The position numbers and the translations under genes are program-made. A stretch of DNA of 63,207 bases, counting the filler, from Octopus bimaculoides (lineage: Eukaryota), in NCBI RefSeq assembly GCF_001194135.2. It is 3 parts of 3 records of this genome, joined end to end, with 100 filler letters (N's around TTAATTAATTAA, not from the genome) between each part and the next. Parts side by side here need not be neighbours in the genome. Positions count along the whole stretch, not along the records: positions 31,969 to 61,186 come from NC_069003.1; 2 more parts are not named here. One strand, given 5' to 3'. Under the pieces are notes generated by a model that did no database searches, was not told the DNA's origin, and worked only from the letters and a program-made list of their open reading frames with translations. Shown here in pieces: positions 48,415-58,944 of this stretch. Numbering within the stretch: the stretch's first letter is position 1; each line of letters starts with the position of its first letter.

Positions 48415-49293
48415 TAGAGGGAGAGAGAGAGAAGCAGAGACAGAAAGTGAGGCATACATACATATACATTTGAGTAGCCCATATGCAAACGTGTTAGATA
48501 TAACTTTACACGAATATATATTGTGTTCAATTCTGCATCATACAGCTTTATTGAAATTTAGGTAGACCAAGCTTTGCACACCCCAACCAAAAAGATGTAA
48601 TGCTTTCAATATCTCTTCCTACACCTCCAGTTTTTCACCTCTCCTCCCTCTTTCTTTTGTGTGTCACTATTGCTTTTTCTGCTCCCACTACAGTGCTGAA
48701 TCTCCGCCTTTCAATTCTCTACCTCTTCCTGCTCCTCATTGGAGGCCTTTTCGTTTCCAACCTTTCCTTTCTCTCTCGTTCTTTCTCAATCGTTAATTTT
48801 GTTTCTCTTTCTTAATCTTCTCTCATTTACCCACCTTTTAACCACTTTATTACTATCAACTCTTTTTATATTTATTTTCCTTTCCTTTTACCCCCACCTC
48901 TCTCGCTCTCTCTATCCCCCATTTTCTCTGCCTCCTACCTCCTCACTCTCTTTATCACCATCTCTCACTTTCTCTTTGTCCTTTGCTTTTGCTCTCTTGT
49001 ATCTTTCTTTCATTGTCTTAACTTTCTATCTCTGCAACCCTACCACTACTGCATATTTCCTCTCACCTAATTCTGTCTCTTTCTTTCATTCTTTCTCTGT
49101 CTCCCCCTCTCTCTATGGCCTATCATTTCACTTCCCCAATCTCCCCTTCTTTTTTGCTTATATCTTTATATCTTCTTTCACTCCCATTTGCAAAATTACT
49201 TTCATCTCTCATTTACCTTGCAACTGTGTTTCTATTTAAAATCTCATTTCTTCAAATCCCCTTTCAATTACAATCGCATTTCTATTAATGTGT

Positions 49294-49409
49294 AGTAAAT
49301 CATTCATAAAAAGGGGAAAAATATATTTGCTTATAGCCATAATTCGAACTTGCATCCATGAATTTTTAGTTCCTGAATATACTTTTCCCCTTTTTATGAA
49401 TGATTTACT
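49294..49409. repeat. Inverted repeat: 27-bp perfect arms plus 6-bp extension around a 48-bp spacer
   Basis: agtaaatcattcataaaaaggggaaaa (49294-49320) versus ttttcccctttttatgaatgatttact (49383-49409); tatatt/aatata inside. Confidence 0.9.
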
Positions 49410-50149
49410 CCCCATTTCCCACTGAAATTAATGAAAATCAGATACTACATTGACATTTTCAGCATATCATTCTTGTGTAATCTTCATCAGCAACTGATTA
49501 TGGAAGCCATGCTTTATAGATACAGGTTCAAATTACACTCACAACCAAATATAATCCTTTCATTTATCAGTCATTTGTTTGAAATGACGTTCACATTAAT
49601 AAGGCCTCAGAAAAAGATGTCCCACACAACATCCTCTCTTGTTAACCCTTTTGATACAAACCTGCCCAAGTCTGTCCCAGCTTCTATGATACAAGCTTTC
49701 TATATAAAGTTAGCTAAATTAAAATTTCCCATTAAAATTCCATGTTAATTTATGTTCTAATTAGCAGCTTAGTAATGACCAAGATATTTTACTGAATTTT
49801 TTTTTTTATATTTTCAAAATTAATTGAAACAAGTGCAGTGTAGTTCAACAGAAATATGATTACAGAAGGGTTAAATGTTTGTGTGCTTTGAGGGCAAATG
49901 GAACCGAAAAGCTGTGACAACAAACAAATGCTGTCAAGAATGCAGCTCACAGAAGACAAGACTTAGCAGAAACAGGTAGGTTGTTCAAAGAAATAGGAGA
50001 TACCTGGTGAATAACAAGTTCACTTTTAACAGAATGTTACCAGATAGGTTGTGCGTAGGTGGCACGAAAGCCCACAAATGCACCGGGCTGAATGTAAAGC
50101 TCAATCAGTAAGACAAGCAGAGGCTAAATCTCAGTCGTACATATGAATA

Positions 50150-50860
50150 ATAGAAGAAAAATGAGTTCAACTATGATCCTAGATAGGATTATGCTTCCAG
50201 AAAAATTAGCACTATGTCCCAAAGTTTGTTACAAGTGCTTAAGTGAAAAAGGAAAACAATTGACTGCTGTAATGCATTGTTCTAATTTAAAAGTTAGTCT
50301 AGCTGTACTTGTTGATCCATCAGAGCCCTTAAGAAATCTTACTTCTACTACCGAGAAATTCAGCACTTTTGTTAAACATCAGAAAATACAACAGTTTTCA
50401 GATGACTTCTTTTCAAGCAGGGAGATATTCATACCAGCTTTTAAAGCACAAGAGTAGACTTAACAACAAGATCAAAACACTTCAGTCTCTTCCAAGAGAC
50501 AGGCCCATAAGAGAAAACATCATCTTTTTTATGTATAATATTTGAGCTGAGTCTCAAGAGGTGCTGCAAAAAAGCAATGTCAGTAGATTCAATATTGCAC
50601 TGGAATCTGTAACCATTTGAGACTTTTACATTATCATTTATGAATAATTAATACCCTGTATAGAACATGAACGTCAGAAAGCTATGAGGTTGTTATCATA
50701 AGCAGAGAGCAACTTGGGACATCGCTCTGAAGTACAAAGACACCAGTCAAAATTATAAAACATATAAATCTTATAATGTTCTGCAATGTTCCTATAATGT
50801 TCTACAATATCCTTTTCTTCAAGGCAAAAGTGAAGATGGGCATCACTTTGGAATAAAACA
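50150..50860 (+). pseudogene. Helitron Rep/helicase N-terminal region relic
   Basis: CPKVCYKCL..MHCSNLKVSLAVLVDPSEPL; NIRKYNS-FQMTSF; PAFKAQ; EHER; SYNVLQYP..SEDGHHFGI. Confidence 0.8.
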
Positions 50861-50954
50861 GGCTGGGTTAGGTTCTTTAAAGGCTTTCGTTATTAAGGAC
50901 CTAATTTTTAGCCCAGTCAGGTGGGGAATGGCTTTCATGAGTCTTTAGTTGAAT

Positions 50955-51270
50955 GAACCAACCCCAGTACTTATTTGTTTTGGCCTGGTACTTATTCTAT
51001 TTTCCTTTCTGCTGAATGGCTAGGTTATGAGGACATAAACACAGTAACACCGGTTGTCAAGTGGTGGTAGTGGACAAAGAGAAAGAGACAGACAGATACA
51101 CACACACACACGTATGCTATAAGTTTCTTTCAGTTTCCATTTGCCAAATCCTCTCAAAAGGCTTTAGTTGACCCAAGATTATAGTAGAAAACACTTGCCC
51201 AAGGTGGCATGCTGTAGGACTGAATCCAGAACCATATAGTTGGGAAACAAACTTCTTGCCCCACAGTCAC
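50955..51270 (-). mobile_element. SINE family A, diverged
   Basis: caaccccagtacttatt...ggttgtcaagtggtgg...cacttgcccaagg...ttcttgccccacagtcac. Confidence 0.8.
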
Positions 51271-51309
51271 TACTACACCATAATACATACATACATATAN
51301 NNNNNNNNN

Positions 51310-51341
<32 letters not shown>

Positions 51342-51482
51342 TAAATACAGTGTAGATTTAAACACATAAGAGGTATCCATCATAGAATTCCTTGCATGCT
51401 AGAAAGAACAGTTAAATTCCAAACCACTATTTGGGATAAAACTTCGAAGGGAATGAAAAATAAAAACATTCACTATCTAACT

Positions 51483-51551
51483 CCTGGACCATGATTTCTG
51501 ACTTATTTTAGCAAATAAAATAATTTGCTAGGTGAAGTCTTCTTCAGCAGG
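51483..51551 (-). ncRNA. Type-I hammerhead ribozyme (GUC), minus strand
   Basis: Reverse complement CCTG-CTGAAGA-A-GACTT cacc TAGCAAAT tatttt ATTTGCTA aaat AAGTC-A-GAAA-TCATGG-TC-CAGG. Confidence 0.72.
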
Positions 51552-51659
51552 TACACCCAGATTAGACATATATGCACGCTAGGCCACTGGTAGTAGAAAT
51601 TTCTAATATTTCTTATTACCCTTGATATTATTAATTATAATTGTTGTTGAGATTGGTTC

Positions 51660-51757
51660 TCTTTCTTTCCTGATGAGAAGATTACATTATTTTACACCGT
51701 TTATTCCTTTGGAATAAAACCAATGTTATCTTCGAAACATATGTCGAAAGTAAAAGA
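51660..51757 (+). ncRNA. Canonical type-I hammerhead ribozyme (GUC) with palindromic stem III
   Basis: TCTTT CTTTC-CTGATGA-GAAGAT..(TTTATTCC ttt GGAATAAA)..ATCTTC-GAAA-CATATG-TC-GAAAG ta AAAGA. G10.1-C11.1 intact; predicted cleavage after C51745. Confidence 0.85.
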
Positions 51758-51957
51758 ATTTGAATAACATTTGCATTCAACTCCATTTATTTACTTATAA
51801 TATACAAATTACTGCACATTAACCCAGTGTTTCTACCTTTGAATAGGTTGCTACATCCTTGTTACTTGCATTAATTTTGCTACCCAGGTAACTGTTTATT
51901 GAATTTTCTGTGTTAACTGTAAACAAAGGATAATTCATTCATCCATTTATATATATA

Positions 51958-52248
51958 TCATCATCATCATCGTCGTCGTTTAACGTCCGCTTTCCATGCT
52001 AGCATGGCTTGGATGATTTGACTGAGGACTGGTGGACCAGGAGGCGACACCAGGCTCCAATCTGATTTGGCAGAGTTTCTACAGCTGGATGCCCTTCCTA
52101 ACGCCAACCACTCCGAGAGTGTAGTGGGTGCTTTTACGTGCCACTGGCAAGAGGGCCAGTCAGGCGGGTACTGGCAACGGCCACGCTTGAAATGGTGTAT
52201 TTTACGTGCCACCTGCACAGGAGCCAGTCCATCGGGACTGGCAACGAT
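51958..52248 (-). mobile_element. RTE-tail type retroposon (as 38968-39300), runs into a gap
   Basis: (CAT)n cgtttaacgtccgctttccatgctagcatgg...ttttacgtgcca. Confidence 0.82.
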
Positions 52249-53199
52249 NNNNNNNNNNNNNNNNNNNNNNNNNNNNNNNNNNNNNNNNNNNNNNNNNNNN
52301 NNNNNNNNNNNNNNNNNNNNNNNNNNNNNNNNNNNNNNNNNNNNNNNNNNNNNNNNNNNNNNNNNNNNNNNNNNNNNNNNNNNNNNNNNNNNNNNNNNNN
52401 NNNNNNNNNNNNNNNNNNNNNNNNNNNNNNNNNNNNNNNNNNNNNNNNNNNNNNNNNNNNNNNNNNNNNNNNNNNNNNNNNNNNNNNNNNNNNNNNNNNN
52501 NNNNNNNNNNNNNNNNTAAAGAAATTTTGATTTAAGCATCTTAATGAATTCTTTATACTGAAATATATATTGAAGAAGATAAATATGTTCTTTTGAATTT
52601 ATACGTTTTTGCGTCGTAACTCCTTTATTATTATTTATATATATATATATTAACTTCTCTTTTTCATCATCGTTGTTTCTATGTCTGTCTCTCCATTTAG
52701 GCAACTGTCAGGCAATACTTTTAAAGCAGTATTTTATGGCTGGATGCCTTTCCTGGTGCCAACCTGTTTAGTTGTCTTTTATACAAACAATGATGCACTC
52801 TACCCATGTGCGTGCGTGCGTGTTTGTACATATGTGTGTATGTGTGCGTGTGTGTGTGTTTGCGTGCTTGTGAGTGTGTGTGTGAGTGCACGCATGCATG
52901 TGTGTGTGTGTGTGTGTGTATATTATTACTTTAAAAGGCATTTATTAAGTTAATGTAACAACCTCAGCTAACATTGATTTCTGATACATCAACAACCACC
53001 ATAATTATACAAGGAAATTAAAATAGTTACCCTCTACATTGTTAGTCACTGCTAGACAAACAACCATTATAATTGCACTAAAATAATGGACTGTGGAACA
53101 CAAACATAGTTCATACAGACTTTCATTAATGACTAATTTTTGTAATACCCTTAGATGGATCATAGGTCTTCACCTTTCCTTCCTCTCCATCACCCTCAC

Positions 53200-53266
53200 C
53201 TTCTTCTTCTTCTTCTTCTTCTTCTTCTTCTTCTTCTTCTTCTTCTTCTTCTTCTTCTTCTTCTTC
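53200..53266. repeat. (CTT)n microsatellite
   Basis: Direct reading. Confidence 0.95.
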
Positions 53267-53464
53267 TATGTATGTATGTATGTTTGTATGTATGTATATA
53301 TATATGTATATGTATATATNNNNNNNNNNNNNNNNNNNNNNNNNNNNNNNNNNNNNNNNNNNNNNNNNNNNNNNNNNNNNNNNNNNNNNNNNNNNNNNNN
53401 NNNNNNNNNNNNNNNNNNNNNNNNNNNNNNNNNNNNNNNNNNNNNNNNNNNNNNNNNNNNNNNN

Positions 53465-53499
<35 letters not shown>

Positions 53500-53501
<2 letters not shown>

Positions 53502-53940
53502 TATTCTTTTATTCTTTTACTTGTTTCAGTCATTTGTCTGCAGCCATGCTGGAGCACCACCTTTAACGGTTTTGTAATCAAAGAAATTGACCTCAGGACT
53601 CATTCTTTGTAGGCCTAGTACTTATTCTATCGATTACTTTTACTGAACTGCTACATAGGCTTCTTTCAGTTTCTGTCTACCAAATTCACTCACAAGGTTT
53701 TGGTCAGCCTAAAGCTATACTAGAAGACACTTGCCCAAGGTGGTTGGGAAGCAAACTTGGAGTATAGCCATGAAAAATTTAGTCAAACAAATCAACCCTA
53801 GTACTTATTTTTTTTTAAGCATGATACTTTTTCTATTTGTCTCTTTTGCTAAACTACTAGGTTACAGGGATGAAAACACACCAACACCAGTTGTCAAGCA
53901 GTGGTGAGGGACCAACACAGACCCAAAGGCTCACACACAT
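53500..53940 (-). mobile_element. SINE family A pieces (internally deleted copy plus second fragment)
   Basis: ttcttttacttgtttcagtcatttg...ggagcaccacc tail; head remnant gggaagcaaactt; second fragment ccagtacttatt...gttgtcaagcagtgg. Confidence 0.75.
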
Positions 53941-53959
53941 AAATATGTACATAGCACTT

Positions 53960-54890
53960 ACATAGCCTTACCTGGATTTTGGGTCTTCTGGATACCAAAA
54001 CCTCTCATCTGTCTGGATGTTTTGTTGTCCCTTTTCTGTATCATCTAACTGTCTGGATGTTTTGCGTTCTTGTCCCATTTTTTGTATTCCTTTTTATATG
54101 CATAAGGCAGTGTTCATACACTTTGGTCTCTTATATGTAAGTACATATATATATATATCTAAATTTTTTATTCTTTCATTCTTTCTTTCTATCAGCCCCT
54201 TCACACTTACTTCGTTCTTTCCACTCTTCTTTCTTTCATTCCTCCTCTATCATATTTCCTAGCTTTCTCTTCATTCTCACGTTCCCTCCTCTTTCACTTC
54301 ACTCTGTCCCTTTTCTCTTTTTCTCGTCCCTCCCTAATTCTTCTATCCCTCTGCCTCTACCTTTCTCCTCTCTCTCCACATGACCGGTGTTTGGCCAAGC
54401 CTGACCTTTCTATCTTGGTTCAACTACCATCCTTGCAACATCTATATTCCTCTCTGTGCCTGTCATCTCTTATGTCCCTGCCGTAAGGCTTCACTTCCGC
54501 ACACGCCAGCTTAATTTAATTCGTTCTTAGTCGAAAGACACCTGTTGTTATGTCCTGTTATTTGCATTTGTATTTGTGTACCAGTTCTCCGTTTTTTTCT
54601 GTCCTTGTTTTCATATACATTCACCACTTCCTTCCAAGGAATCTAGTGCTCATAGCTTAGTATTTCCTTGGGGGCTAGCCAGATTGGAGCAATCTCGAGT
54701 ATAACCAGCCGAAATTGCAAAGATAATCTGGAACTTGACTGAGGAAAGAAAACTCCAAATGACCTGTCCTTGTTTTTTCTTGTCCCTTTTTGTATCATCT
54801 GTCTGGATGTTTTGTTGTCCCTTTTTCATATCATCTGTCTGGATGTTTTGTGTTCTTGTCCCATTTTTTGTATTCCTTTGTGTGTGTGTG
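53960..54890 (+). mobile_element. Element with ~90-bp terminal direct repeats around a CT-rich core (possible PLE pseudo-LTR arrangement)
   Basis: tcatctgtctggatgttttgttgtccc...gttcttgtcccattttttgtattccttt at 54004-54093 and about 54794-54879; internal hairpin ccagatt...aatctgg. Confidence 0.55.
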
Positions 54891-55022
54891 TATATATATA
54901 AACAATAAATTAAATAGAGAAATACAATTGACAATCCAAGGATTTATTTATATTATAATATAACATAATATACTATTAATATAATTTAATATAACATATG
55001 CAATTATTAAAAGACCCCAAAA

Positions 55023-55104
55023 AGCCAACAGTTTGTTTCAACTTATATACATTTGTTTTGATATATAAACAATTCAATACCCTTATATAAGCCTCATCAG
55101 AGCC
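55023..55104 (-). ncRNA. Type-I hammerhead ribozyme candidate, minus strand
   Basis: Reverse complement GGCT-CTGATGA-GGCTTATATA..TATATAAGTT-GAAA-CAAACTG-TT-GGCT. 10-bp stem II with two G-U pairs; weak 4-bp stem I. Confidence 0.6.
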
Positions 55105-55224
55105 AATGGTTTGAAGATAGATGAAATTCCAGGTGAAAGGATAGCTGGATTGTAAAAAATTAATTCAAATGCCTATGTATTGAGCGTGAATGTTAGTCAT
55201 TCAACCACATAGGGATTACAGTTA

Positions 55225-55345
55225 TATGATGGATTTCTTTCAGTATTCAAAACGAAATCCCTTCACAAAACTTTGGTCAGCCTACAGTAGAATACACTCG
55301 GCCAAGGTGCCATGCCGTAGAACTGAACCTGGAACCATGTGATGG
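55225..55345 (-). mobile_element. SINE family A head fragment
   Basis: gatttctttcagt...cactcggccaaggtgccatgc..actgaacctggaaccatgtg. Confidence 0.7.
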
Positions 55346-56506
55346 TTTCTTTTGCTCCTTGTAGTGTTGTTACTACTGTGGTATCTCCTATTTGTACTTT
55401 TGCTATTTGACCCTGTACCTCTTGGGGTCAGCTAATTAAGCCATCACTGGTTCAAAGTATAGTCATTTCATATGATGATGGTGGTGATAGTTGTGGTGGT
55501 AGTGTGAAGGTGTTGTGGTGTGGTAGTGGAGGTGGTGATGGTAGTGGAGGTGGTGATGGTAGTGTGTGGTAGTAGTGGTTGCAGTGATGGGGTGGCGATG
55601 GTGAGGTTGTGGTTATTGTAATATTGTTGATAGAAGTTACAGTGGTGGTGGTGGTTGTGTGTTCCTTGGTAGAGTTGGTGGTGGTTGATAGTAGTGGTGA
55701 TGATGTTTGTAGTATTGCTAGTAGTGGTGGTCAAGGTTGTATTATTAGTTGTTTCAGTAAAATAGAGATTTATGACAATCTCTAGGGAGGAGATATTCTA
55801 CCAATTCCACAAGATGGAGCTGCTGTCAAATCAGTGAAATCATAAACATTCCACTTCTGTTCTTTCTTCTTTGCACTCTTAATTCCCTTTTTTCTGTTTG
55901 TACCTCTCTCCCTCTTCCTCTCTCTTTCTCCCTCTCTCTTTCTCCCTCTTTCTGCCTCCCTCTCAGACTTTAGTTTTGAAACCAAAATAATAAGGAATGG
56001 AGTTACAGAACTTTCAGGAGTCTCAAATAAATATATCACTGAATAAATTGCAATTTCATTCACAATGAAGTGTTTTATAACTGGCTGTGTTATAAATTGG
56101 TAGAAACAATAGAGTCCTTTAATATAGCATTTTTGTAAGTTGTCTAAGACACATGGGTAAATTGACCAAAATAGTAACAGAACAGGACTAAATAACTTGT
56201 ACAATTTACCATGATTCCTCTGTGTTGTGAGTCAGATTTCACAACAGCACACTTTGATTTCCATCTTTTGATTGCATTGAAATAGAGTTGCCAATATGGA
56301 ACCTTATTCTCTATAGAATGTAAATTGTGACTCTACCATTATGACACAGTCATTATGGCCATGTTCTCACCAGAAACCTTAAGTCTTTGCAATTTATACT
56401 CTGTTTGGTATTTCAACTAAAATTACAATAAGGAAGTTTTGTTGGAGCAAACTCAATACCAACAGCTAGAGTCAAAATAATATAGACCCTCCCCTGCAAG
56501 TGGGGG

Positions 56507-56715
56507 AACTGGCAGAATCATTAGCATGCTGGGCAAAATGCTTCAGGGCATTTTGCCCATCTTTACATTGCTAGTTAAAATTCTACCGGGGTTGGCTCTG
56601 TCTTTCATTTTTTTCAGGGTTAATAAAATAAGACCTGTTCAGTACTGTGGTTGATATAAATGACTTAGCCCCTTCCCGAAAATTGCTCGCCTTGTGCCAA
56701 AATTTGAAACCAATA
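56507..56715 (+). mobile_element. SINE family B, diverged monomer
   Basis: actggcagaatcattagcatgctgggcaaaatgctt...cgccttgtgccaaaatttgaaacc. Confidence 0.75.
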
Positions 56716-57300
56716 TAGACCCTCCCCACTACATATAAGCACCAAGGGCCAATTTATAAAATCAGTTAGCATTTTTGTTTGCTGAACATCATGTTTGCAA
56801 AAGAGTAGATTGATGAAGCAGAAAGATTTATAGCATCTAATTTTGATTGTCTGCATTCTGCATCTCAACCTTGTTCATGTTAATAAATATGTATATATCA
56901 GTTGGAAGAATAGACATATTAGATATTATATTTATGTATTTCAATATTGTTTTTTTTTTAAATAGACAGATGTAATCACAGAGCATATAAAACAGAGCTA
57001 CAATTACACGAGTCTTGTATGTATTCATAGACAGCAATGACATCTTTCTCAAGGACTTCAGAAAAAAATAATAAATATCCTGATTATTGATATTTTATAT
57101 TCTAATAATAAAATATCTCTTTGAAAAATCTCTATAAATACCTTTTTTCCCCATATAAAGATCTATAAATAGAAATATCTAAAAATGCTTTTAAAATATG
57201 AACAGAGTTAACAGAAGTGTGTTTTCAAGCTAAACTAGGTAACATATATGTATTAGGGGATTGATATTTTCACAACGCACAGGAATATATACAACATATA

Positions 57301-57462
57301 GGCATAGGCATGGCTGTATGGTAAGGTGTTTGCTTCCCAACCACATGCTCTTGGGTTCAGTCCCATTGCATGGCTCCTTGGGCAAGTCTCTTCTACTGTA
57401 CCCTCAGGCCAACCAAAGCCTTGTGAGCAGATTTAGTATACAGAAACTGAAAAAAGCCCATC
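57301..57462 (+). mobile_element. SINE family A 5' half running into its TA microsatellite
   Basis: ggcataggcatggctgtatggtaag...gggttcagtccc...gaaactgaaaaaagccc. Confidence 0.85.
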
Positions 57463-57478
57463 ATATATACATATACAT

Positions 57479-57513
<35 letters not shown>

Positions 57514-57518
<5 letters not shown>

Positions 57519-57600
57519 CTCATAAAAGATAGAGCTCAAAATCGATGCATTGAAGATACTTCAATGCATCGATTTTGAGCTCTATCTTTTAAGAGACATA
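57514..57600. repeat. Near-perfect palindrome: 42-bp arms, 3-nt loop, inside (TA)n
   Basis: tatgtctcataaaagatagagctcaaaatcgatgcattgaag-ata-cttcaatgcatcgattttgagctctatcttttaagagacata; one mismatch. Confidence 0.93.
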
Positions 57601-57628
57601 TATATATATATACAAAANNNNNNNNNNG

Positions 57629-57891
57629 GTAGCTGCACACCAGCATGAAGTATATTTGCCACTTAAATGCGGCTAACCACTAAGGGTGAATGCTACTGTA
57701 GCTTGTCATATCAGGTCAGGTCGATGATGGGAAGGATGACTTCCCTTTGCAAATACTGATAGGGCACAGAAAGTGTGTCAATGGCCAGCTGGAGAAGGGG
57801 TTCACCTGGGGCTACAAGCGACAGTAGCATTCACCCTTAGTGGTTAGCCGCATTTAAGTGGCAAATATATTTCACGTTGTTGTGCAGTTAC
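57629..57891. mobile_element. MITE-like element with ~78-bp terminal inverted repeats
   Basis: 57629-57706 is the reverse complement of 57814-57891 (shared tatatttgccacttaaatgcggctaaccactaagggtgaatgctactgt). Left TSD is hidden by a gap. Confidence 0.82.
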
Positions 57892-58833
57892 TGTTTATAC
57901 CTCATTCAGAGATTTATTATTACTTGTTTACACTTTTTTGAGANNNNNNNNNNNNNNNNNNNNNNNNNNNNNNNNNNNNNNNNNNNNNNNNNNNNNNNNN
58001 NNNNNNNNNNNNNNNNNNNNNNNNNNNNNNNNNNNNNNNNNNNNNNNNNNNNNNNNNNNNNNNNNNNNNNNNNNNNNNNNNNNNNNNNNNNNNNNNNNNN
58101 NNNNNNNNNNNNNNNNNNNNNNNNNNNNNNNNNNNNNNNNNNNNNNNNNNNNNNNNNNNNNNNNNNNNNNNNNNNNNNNNNNNNNNNNNNNNNNNNNNNN
58201 NNNNNNNNNNNNNNNNNNNNNNNNNNNNNNNNNNNNNNNNNNNNNNNNNNNNNNNNNNNNNNNNNNNNNNNNNNNNNNNNNNNNNNNNNNNNNNNNNNNN
58301 NNNNNNNNNNNNNNNNNNNNNNNNNNNNNNNNNNNNNNNNNNNNNNNNNNNNNNNNNNNNNNNNNNNNNNNNNNNNNNNNNNNNNNNNNNNNNNNNNNNN
58401 NNNNNNNNNNNNNNNNNNNNNNNNNNNNNNNNNNNNNNNNNNNNNNNNNNNNNNNNNNNNNNNNNNNNNNNNNNNNNNNNNNNNNNNNNNNNNNNNNNNN
58501 NNNNNNNNNNNNNNNNNNNNNNNNNNNNNNNNNNNNNNNNNNNNNNNNNNNNNNNNNNNNNNNNNNNNNNNNNNNNNNNNNNNNNNNNNNNNNNNNNNNN
58601 NNNNNNNNNNNNNNNNNNNNNNNNNNNNNNNNNNNNNNNNNNNNNNNNNNNNNNNNNNNNNNNNNNNNNNNNNNNNNNNNNNNNNNNNNNNNNNNNNNNN
58701 NNNNNNNNNNNNNNNNNNNNNNNNNNNNNNNNNNNNNNNNNNNNNNNNNNNNNNNNNNNNNNNNNNNNNNNNNNNNNNNNNNNNNNNNNNNNNNNNNNNN
58801 NNNNNNNNNNNNNNNNNNGGAGTTTCATGTTCT

Positions 58834-58887
58834 AACAAAACTGTCTGATGAACGGGAACGTGAAACTCCGAGTAACAGTCTTTTGTT
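58834..58887 (+). ncRNA. Compact type-I hammerhead ribozyme (GUA)
   Basis: AACAAAACTGT-CTGATGA-ACG[GGAA]CGT-GAAA-CT[CCG]AG-TA-ACAG tc TTTTGTT. Long stem I with a 2-nt bulge. Confidence 0.85.
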
Positions 58888-58912
58888 ATATTTCTGCTGC
58901 TTTTAAATAAAG

Positions 58913-58944
<32 letters not shown>

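Noticed and set aside
48739-49239. 166-aa hydrophobic, membrane-protein-like ORF
   Set aside because: Product of a CT-rich low-complexity tract (F/L/S codons).
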